A DNA stretch of 60,625 nucleotides from a virus (lineage: Duplodnaviria > Caudoviricetes), in the IMG/VR virus record IMGVR_UViG_3300048996_000177, positions 1 through 60,625 of that record; one strand, given 5' to 3'. The notes beneath the pieces were generated by a model. It was not told the DNA's origin, searched no databases, and saw only the letters and a program-made list of their open reading frames with translations. Numbering within the stretch: the stretch's first letter is position 1; each line of letters begins with the position of its first letter. A program made the position numbers and the translations under genes. Below, piece by piece: positions 55,720 through 60,625 of this stretch.

Positions 55720-56454
55720 TCAGGATTCGATGTGTCTGCGGGTGTCCCCACCAACGCGGGTGTTGCCGATGTCGGCCCGGTTGCCCGCACGGTATCCGGC
55801 GGTCACCCCATCGCGAGAATTCACCGAAGTGTTTTTGTATACGGCCCGGTTGGACACGATACCGGCTGTTGCGGTTTCATAATGGCGTTGGACCATTTCC
55901 CCCCGATCCCGTACGACCAGGGCCGCACCGACCGTTTCAGACACGTTTTTGGACCGTGCATGGCGCAACCGGTCCAATACCCGGCCGACATATCCGTGGG
56001 CGAACGAAACCTTCCACGCACGGGCGTTGTCAGACCCGATGTATTCGCGCCAATCGACGTCCATGTGGTTGGCCAATTGCAATTCGATGGAGGTATACAT
56101 TTGCTGGACGAACGCGATATCTGATTCGAATCCCCACAGACCCATGAACGACCGGTCGGCCGCCAAGGTGGGACGGACGTTGTACAGGAATGCCAGACCC
56201 GTCATCAATTCGCGGCGAGCTTTGATATACGGTGCGTTTTTCATCCGCAGAACCATGACGTTGGTGAACATTTCTTCCGGCGCGTGGTTCGAACCCGCCG
56301 CCGCGCGGATTTGCGCGTCAGAAATCGTCATCGACAATTGCAATTCGGAAGCTTTGGCCAGGTAATTGGCGGCCATTTCCTCCGTAATGCCGGGATCTTC
56401 CGCCATCGCCAGGAGTTTGGCGATTTTGGACGCGTAATCGTGAGGTTTGGTCAT
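55720..56454 (-). CDS. DUF2786-like protein
   Basis: KIAKLLAMAEDP...A...L N-terminus; GFESD and SFAHG...GYRAG..A motifs. Confidence 0.78.
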   Translation of the reverse strand: MTKPHDYASKIAKLLAMAEDPGITEEMAANYLAKASELQLSMTISDAQIRAAAGSNHAPEEMFTNVMVLRMKNAPYIKARRELMTGLAFLYNVRPTLAADRSFMGLWGFESDIAFVQQMYTSIELQLANHMDVDWREYIGSDNARAWKVSFAHGYVGRVLDRLRHARSKNVSETVGAALVVRDRGEMVQRHYETATAGIVSNRAVYKNTSVNSRDGVTAGYRAGNRADIGNTRVGGDTRRHIES

Positions 56455-56459
56455 GGTCG

Positions 56460-56939
56460 TCACACGTCCCGATCGTTGGTGGTGGCGATGGTCAACAGGT
56501 GTGGGATTGGTGTGGTGTACGTGGCCGACACGCGCCATTCGGACACGTCACCCGGGTTGTTTTCGTACGGGTTGCGCCACCGGACGATGGCCACGTCGTC
56601 GCCGTCGATGGTGTCGAACCAGACATCGGTTTTGTTGTCGCGGGACCGGTACACGATGTCCGCGCGGTAATCGTCGACCGGACGGAACCCGGACGTCGTC
56701 AGGTATGACGCGAACAGGTTTCGGGCGGATTCGTCGTCCACCGGCCGGATCGTGGCGGGCAGGGTTCGTACGGGTCCGGGTCGATAATCGGCGCAATCCC
56801 GTTGATGCCGAATGACCGGCGGACGACCCGAATACGATCGGGCGGGACGGCCACATTCGGTGCACGTGGCGGGTGTGGGACGGGGGAACATCGGTTGCGG
56901 GGTGGTGAACCGCATCGGTGGGACGTCGTCGGATTTCAT
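56460..56939 (-). CDS. Hypothetical protein (CTEC...H...C)
   Basis: GGAGGT RBS before ATG 56939. Confidence 0.6.
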   Translation of the reverse strand: MKSDDVPPMRFTTPQPMFPRPTPATCTECGRPARSYSGRPPVIRHQRDCADYRPGPVRTLPATIRPVDDESARNLFASYLTTSGFRPVDDYRADIVYRSRDNKTDVWFDTIDGDDVAIVRWRNPYENNPGDVSEWRVSATYTTPIPHLLTIATTNDRDV

Positions 56940-57038
56940 TGGTTTACCTCCACGTCGTCGACCCATGTTTTGGGTTCGAATTTCAGGATTTCGTCGGTGG
57001 GTGGGGGCGGCCGATCGTGAACCGCCCCCGTGGGTGGA

Positions 57039-57389
57039 TTATTCGTCGTCGTCGTCGGTGCAACCATCGGGGAATTCGGTGTGTTCGTCGATGTCGTGCC
57101 CGCATTTCGGGCAAATGTCGAAATCCAACACCAACATGTCGTGCCCGGGGTTGGACAACATGGCGTTGATCATATCCGCCACCATGTGACCCAATTCGCC
57201 GATTTTCTCCAATTCGGACCGGTCACCATCGGGCATCATGTTGCGGACCGCGTCGTACATGTCATCGTACAAATCCTCGTCCGTGATGGACAACGCGATC
57301 ATGATTCCCCGGATACCGGTGATCGTGACGGCGTCCACCTGCGGAACGTTGGAAGGGAACGGCGGGAAGGTGGGGCGGGTATCGGTCAT
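57039..57389 (-). CDS. Acidic hypothetical protein with CPKC...H...C
   Basis: ATG at the predicted transcription start. Confidence 0.7.
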   Translation of the reverse strand: MTDTRPTFPPFPSNVPQVDAVTITGIRGIMIALSITDEDLYDDMYDAVRNMMPDGDRSELEKIGELGHMVADMINAMLSNPGHDMLVLDFDICPKCGHDIDEHTEFPDGCTDDDDE

Positions 57390-57395
57390 ACGATG

Positions 57396-57424
57396 ATCTT
57401 AGACCCCAATCGACGTCGTGTCAG
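57396..57424 (-). promoter_or_regulatory. Promoter for a leaderless gene
   Basis: Minus strand CTGACA, 17 bp, TAAGAT, 6 bp, ATG. Confidence 0.65.
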
Positions 57425-57462
57425 GCGTTTTTCATGATCCATCTGGGGTTGTTATCAAGGCG

Positions 57463-59706
57463 TTACGTTGTCTGCCGTGCCCGTCGTCGTGGCCGTCGTG
57501 CCGCGCCATCGATTTCCACGGCGGTTGCGCGCCGCAACGTCCGTTCGCCGGTCGAACGTTTCCGGGTAGGTGTGGAGGTAACGTTGACCTGAGCCTGTTC
57601 GTGAATCGCACGCGTGAACACCTTGACCGACAAAAACGGCCTGGTGCGTTTGCCCGGATCCGGTGCACCTTCCACGACGTACCCGTGCAACACGAGTTGA
57701 TCAAGACATAATTTCGCCGATTGCGGGGATAGTGATCGACCGGTGGATTCTTTCACCTCACGGATGATTGCACGAACGCCTATCCCGTTATGGTTTTGTT
57801 CCAACACCTCGGAAATCTTTTCCATTGACGCAGCCATTTTTAATGGGGCTTCACGTTTAATCGCCTGTCCGTCCGGCAATGTCAATTCGTAATGCATGGT
57901 GGATGATAGGTCGGTCGGGTCGTCCACCCACACCGTGCGTTCCACGGCGAAATCTTCCGTCATCACCTCGTCGCCTTTAATCTCCCAATTCTGCAACACA
58001 ACGGTCTTTCGGGTGACCGGATCGCTGGATGACTTTTTAATCTCCACCGATATCAGGAATCGTCCCCATGCGGTCAGTCCCACACCGGACGTGCGGTTCG
58101 AGCCGGTCCCCGTGCCAGTCTTGTTCCAGTGATGGGAGATGATCAGCGCACAGTTGTACCGCTGGCACACTTCCTGGATCGGTTTCAACGCCTGGCCGAC
58201 GTCCGACAGCTTGGCGAAGTCCACACCCGATGCGGCCAGATAAAACGGGTCGATGATGCACAGGACGGCTTTCGTCGTGCGGATCTTTTCTTCCAATTCA
58301 AGAATATGATCTTCATCTTTGACCTGTGGCACCGATAACAGGATATGGAGTGGGAGGCGGTCAATTTGTTTTTCGGTCAACCCTTTGGCTCGGGCGATGG
58401 CGTCGATCCGCCGGACTTGCTTTCGTTCGGATCCTTCACCAAGACAGAGAATTACGTCGCCTTGGAAATTGCACTCAAACCGGTCCATCCATTTCGTGCC
58501 CGATGCCGCGCTGATGCCCGCGTCCAGCATCACCAACGACTTCCCCGCTTTGTCTTCTGCCGCCAACATCCCGTAATCACCTTCTGCGATGATCCCGTCA
58601 AACAGGTATCGGGGTGTGGGAGCGTTGGCCACACGTTGCCGCATCTGCCGGTACCCGACGAAATTCAGTTCCGCCTGGTCGCTGCCGTCGTCGGCTTCAT
58701 CGAACGTGGGTTCCGTGGCGGATGACGGTTGTTTCGGCCCGTTCGCTTTCAGCCAGATTCGTTCGACGTCGTTACTGATGCGCCAATCACTGCCCCATTT
58801 ATCTATTGCGGCAGGGAACGTGCGGACCAGCGCATGAGTGTTTTCCCGTGTGACGCCTTGTTCTTTACACGTGCTGACCAATTCGTAAATGGCATCACTG
58901 CGGGAATACGTGGTGCTGCCCGGTGTGGCGTGATTGTTGAACGCCTTACGTACGGGCTTGGGCAATGATTTGATGGGAGGTGCGGGGTGACTGGACGATA
59001 CCGACGACGCACTGCCGTCTGATATCGCTTCTGCCGCTTCTTTTTTGAACACCGACCACGCGATATTCGTCATGTCCGTCAGCCGGTCCACGACGGTTTT
59101 AGCCCGCGCTGGGCGGCGTGAACCGATGGACTTCAACGTCACGTTTTTCGGGACGGTGGTTTTCCAGTTCAACGTTCCTGGCAATCGCAACAGGTCGTTT
59201 TCAGCGATCTTGGTATCCGCGCCCAACGCTTCTTTCAACGCCCGGCACATCGCTTGGTGGTTTGCCGCATTGACCGGTTTGGCCAATTCTATGTATACGT
59301 GCCGGTGCCCGTCTGACCCGGACAGCACCGTCATGGCCCCCAGCGCGTTGATCCGGTCGATTTGTGCGTCTGTCGGGGGATGGTCGACGTCGGCCCACAC
59401 CCACCACAGCGGTGCGTTCGTACCCGCTTTCCGGGATGGTGTGGACCGCAATGCCGGGTTGATGAAAACCTCTACGTTCTCCGGCCGTGTCTCGGGGTTA
59501 TTGACCAATTCATCGATCTCCCCCAACATGTCGTCCTTGTCCTGCGGCCATGCGTAATATCGTTCCCGGAAATCGCCTTTGCGGAATCGCGGTTTCGTCG
59601 TCCGGGGATTGTGGCCGAACGCCATAGCGACGAATCCTTCACGAGTGCCGAACAACCGCGATAGGAAATACGACGCTGTGTCCAAATCAAATCTGTCCTC
59701 ATTCAT
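57463..59706 (-). CDS. DNA primase-helicase (RepB-like AEP primase plus AAA_25/RecA-like helicase)
   Basis: WADVD, SGS..HRHVY, LLRLPGTLNWK; AEDKAGKS, IIDP, HHWNK. Confidence 0.87.
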   Translation of the reverse strand: MNEDRFDLDTASYFLSRLFGTREGFVAMAFGHNPRTTKPRFRKGDFRERYYAWPQDKDDMLGEIDELVNNPETRPENVEVFINPALRSTPSRKAGTNAPLWWVWADVDHPPTDAQIDRINALGAMTVLSGSDGHRHVYIELAKPVNAANHQAMCRALKEALGADTKIAENDLLRLPGTLNWKTTVPKNVTLKSIGSRRPARAKTVVDRLTDMTNIAWSVFKKEAAEAISDGSASSVSSSHPAPPIKSLPKPVRKAFNNHATPGSTTYSRSDAIYELVSTCKEQGVTRENTHALVRTFPAAIDKWGSDWRISNDVERIWLKANGPKQPSSATEPTFDEADDGSDQAELNFVGYRQMRQRVANAPTPRYLFDGIIAEGDYGMLAAEDKAGKSLVMLDAGISAASGTKWMDRFECNFQGDVILCLGEGSERKQVRRIDAIARAKGLTEKQIDRLPLHILLSVPQVKDEDHILELEEKIRTTKAVLCIIDPFYLAASGVDFAKLSDVGQALKPIQEVCQRYNCALIISHHWNKTGTGTGSNRTSGVGLTAWGRFLISVEIKKSSSDPVTRKTVVLQNWEIKGDEVMTEDFAVERTVWVDDPTDLSSTMHYELTLPDGQAIKREAPLKMAASMEKISEVLEQNHNGIGVRAIIREVKESTGRSLSPQSAKLCLDQLVLHGYVVEGAPDPGKRTRPFLSVKVFTRAIHEQAQVNVTSTPTRKRSTGERTLRRATAVEIDGAARRPRRRARQTT

Positions 59707-59713
59707 GTCACGT

Positions 59714-59742
59714 AATGTATAACGTGAGAAATTTAAAGACAA
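59714..59742 (-). promoter_or_regulatory. Leftward promoter for the primase gene
   Basis: Minus strand TTGTCT, 17 bp, TACATT, 7 bp, ATG 59706. Confidence 0.55.
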
Positions 59743-59814
59743 AATGTTGTTGGAGTCGTGAATTCACGTCTGATGTGACATGGGGTGTGACCCCGTTGAT
59801 GTGACAATTACACG

Positions 59815-59844
59815 TTGACATGCGGATTCATTACTTTTTACCAT
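59815..59844 (+). promoter_or_regulatory. Rightward promoter
   Basis: TTGACA, 18 bp, TACCAT. Confidence 0.6.
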
Positions 59845-60101
59845 CTGACGGGTGGATGGTGTGACATTCATGTGACTATTGGACATCAGATGTTGGGGTT
59901 GTCTGGCGGGGGTGACATTAGGATGTGGACGCATATGGGTGGGTCGGTGGGAGGGTGGGGTTGTAAACCCCCCCGGACACATAGCGGCACACCCCCGCAC
60001 ACGTATAGAAAACGATCCGTACCGACGCAGGGTTTGGTGTGACGTGGGAGCCGTGGTTGGGTGTGGACATGCCAAATGATGTCGAAAGTGAGTGATTGGT
60101 C

Positions 60102-60625
60102 ATGAGTGACAAGGGTTTCGATGTGCCGGTGTTCGACAACGATTGGACCGGGATGGGGCTGGTGGGTGACGGACCGGTCAAGGGTTCGTCGGTGAAGCGC
60201 GAGACGATCGTGACGGATGGCGGGAATTCATTGAAGGTGCCAGACGGGTATGCGTCGCACGCTGTCGGCGATGGTGGGGTGGGTGGGCCGAAAGATTTCG
60301 CGGAATCGAATCGGCTGGACGAGGCGGCACGGGTTAGTGGTGTGAAGAAAAAGGAAATCGCTGGGCTGGCGGATTCGCGGCATGGGCTGTCGCTGGATGA
60401 ATTGCTGATGGTTCTGCGGTATTTGCCGAAAGGGTTCCTCGGGCTGTACATGGCCCTGATTGACCGGGGTGTGGGTGAACGGGCTCTGGGATCGGGGTCG
60501 GGGGCTGGGAATGGTTTGGCGGTTCCTGATTCGGGACGGGCTGTTGCGGGGCTGGGACAGGTGGCGTCGGGAGTGGTGCAGAAAAGGGGTGGGGCAAAGA
60601 AAGGGAAGAAACCGAGTGGGGGTAA
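60102..60625 (+). CDS. 5' part of a ~245-aa hypothetical protein crossing the junction (60102-60480 joined to 1-359); C-terminal zinc ribbon
   Basis: ATG at 60102 (MSDKGFDVPVF...) is open to the window end and in frame with ORF 36-359. Confidence 0.8.
   Translation, partial: MSDKGFDVPVFDNDWTGMGLVGDGPVKGSSVKRETIVTDGGNSLKVPDGYASHAVGDGGVGGPKDFAESNRLDEAARVSGVKKKEIAGLADSRHGLSLDELLMVLRYLPKGFLGLYMALIDRGVGERALGSGSGAGNGLAVPDSGRAVAGLGQVASGVVQKRGGAKKGKKPSGG
60481..60625. repeat. Terminal direct repeat / circular overlap, right copy
   Basis: Same sequence as 1-145 with one mismatch. Confidence 0.95.

Larger units (their letters stand above)
59705..60043. repeat. Cluster of TGTGAC repeats (candidate iterons or operators)
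   Basis: TGTGAC at 59774, 59786, 59800, 59860, 59871 and 60038; GTGACA at 59912; inverted ATGTCAC at 59705. Confidence 0.65.

Noticed and set aside
54256-56147. Plus-strand ORFs 54256-54951 and 55314-56147
   Set aside because: Antisense to minus-strand genes that have recognisable motifs, promoters and a terminator.
59707-59742. Track start of the primase at TTG 59742
   Set aside because: That TTG coincides with the predicted -35 box; ATG 59706 fits a leaderless start better.
1-60625. Integrase, repressor/att system, tRNA genes, reverse transcriptase/DGR, introns or inteins
   Set aside because: No tyrosine or serine recombinase motifs, cloverleafs, YxDD RT motif or intein ends were recognised by eye; terminase, helicase and polymerase are uninterrupted. 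tRNAscan and HMM searches would be needed to be certain.

Overview
The window is an apparently complete, circular-mapping (about 60,480 bp plus a 145-bp end overlap) tailed dsDNA phage genome with siphovirus-type gene content. The GH25 lysin, DUF6011- and DUF2786-like early genes and leaderless sigmaA-type promoters point to an actinobacterial host. No integrase or tRNA was recognised, so it is probably lytic. Layout: small hypothetical genes (0.4-7.5 kb); terminase, portal, head, tail and lysis genes (7.7-32.4 kb); a block of small genes with their own promoters (32.7-40.5 kb); SNF2 helicase, a nucleotide-metabolism cluster, family A DNA polymerase with an N-terminal UDG-like domain, exonuclease, HNH, ThyX, ATPase, SSB and VRR-NUC (40.5-54.3 kb); then leftward early genes and a primase-helicase next to a repeat-rich divergent promoter/origin region (54.3-60.1 kb). 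Most notable: (1) a candidate cytosine-modification pathway with two thymidylate-synthase-fold proteins that both have Asp at the dCMP-specificity position, plus kinase, MazG and dCMP deaminase, while a separate ThyX supplies dTMP and the polymerase carries a catalytically degenerate UDG domain; (2) a strong strand-symmetric depletion of AG/CT dinucleotides, nearly absolute in some early genes; (3) a 17-aa His/Cys module shared by four otherwise unrelated early proteins; (4) a candidate +1 frameshift (TTT CGT) in the tail chaperone genes; (5) many leaderless promoters. All calls come from reading motifs by eye; no searches were run.
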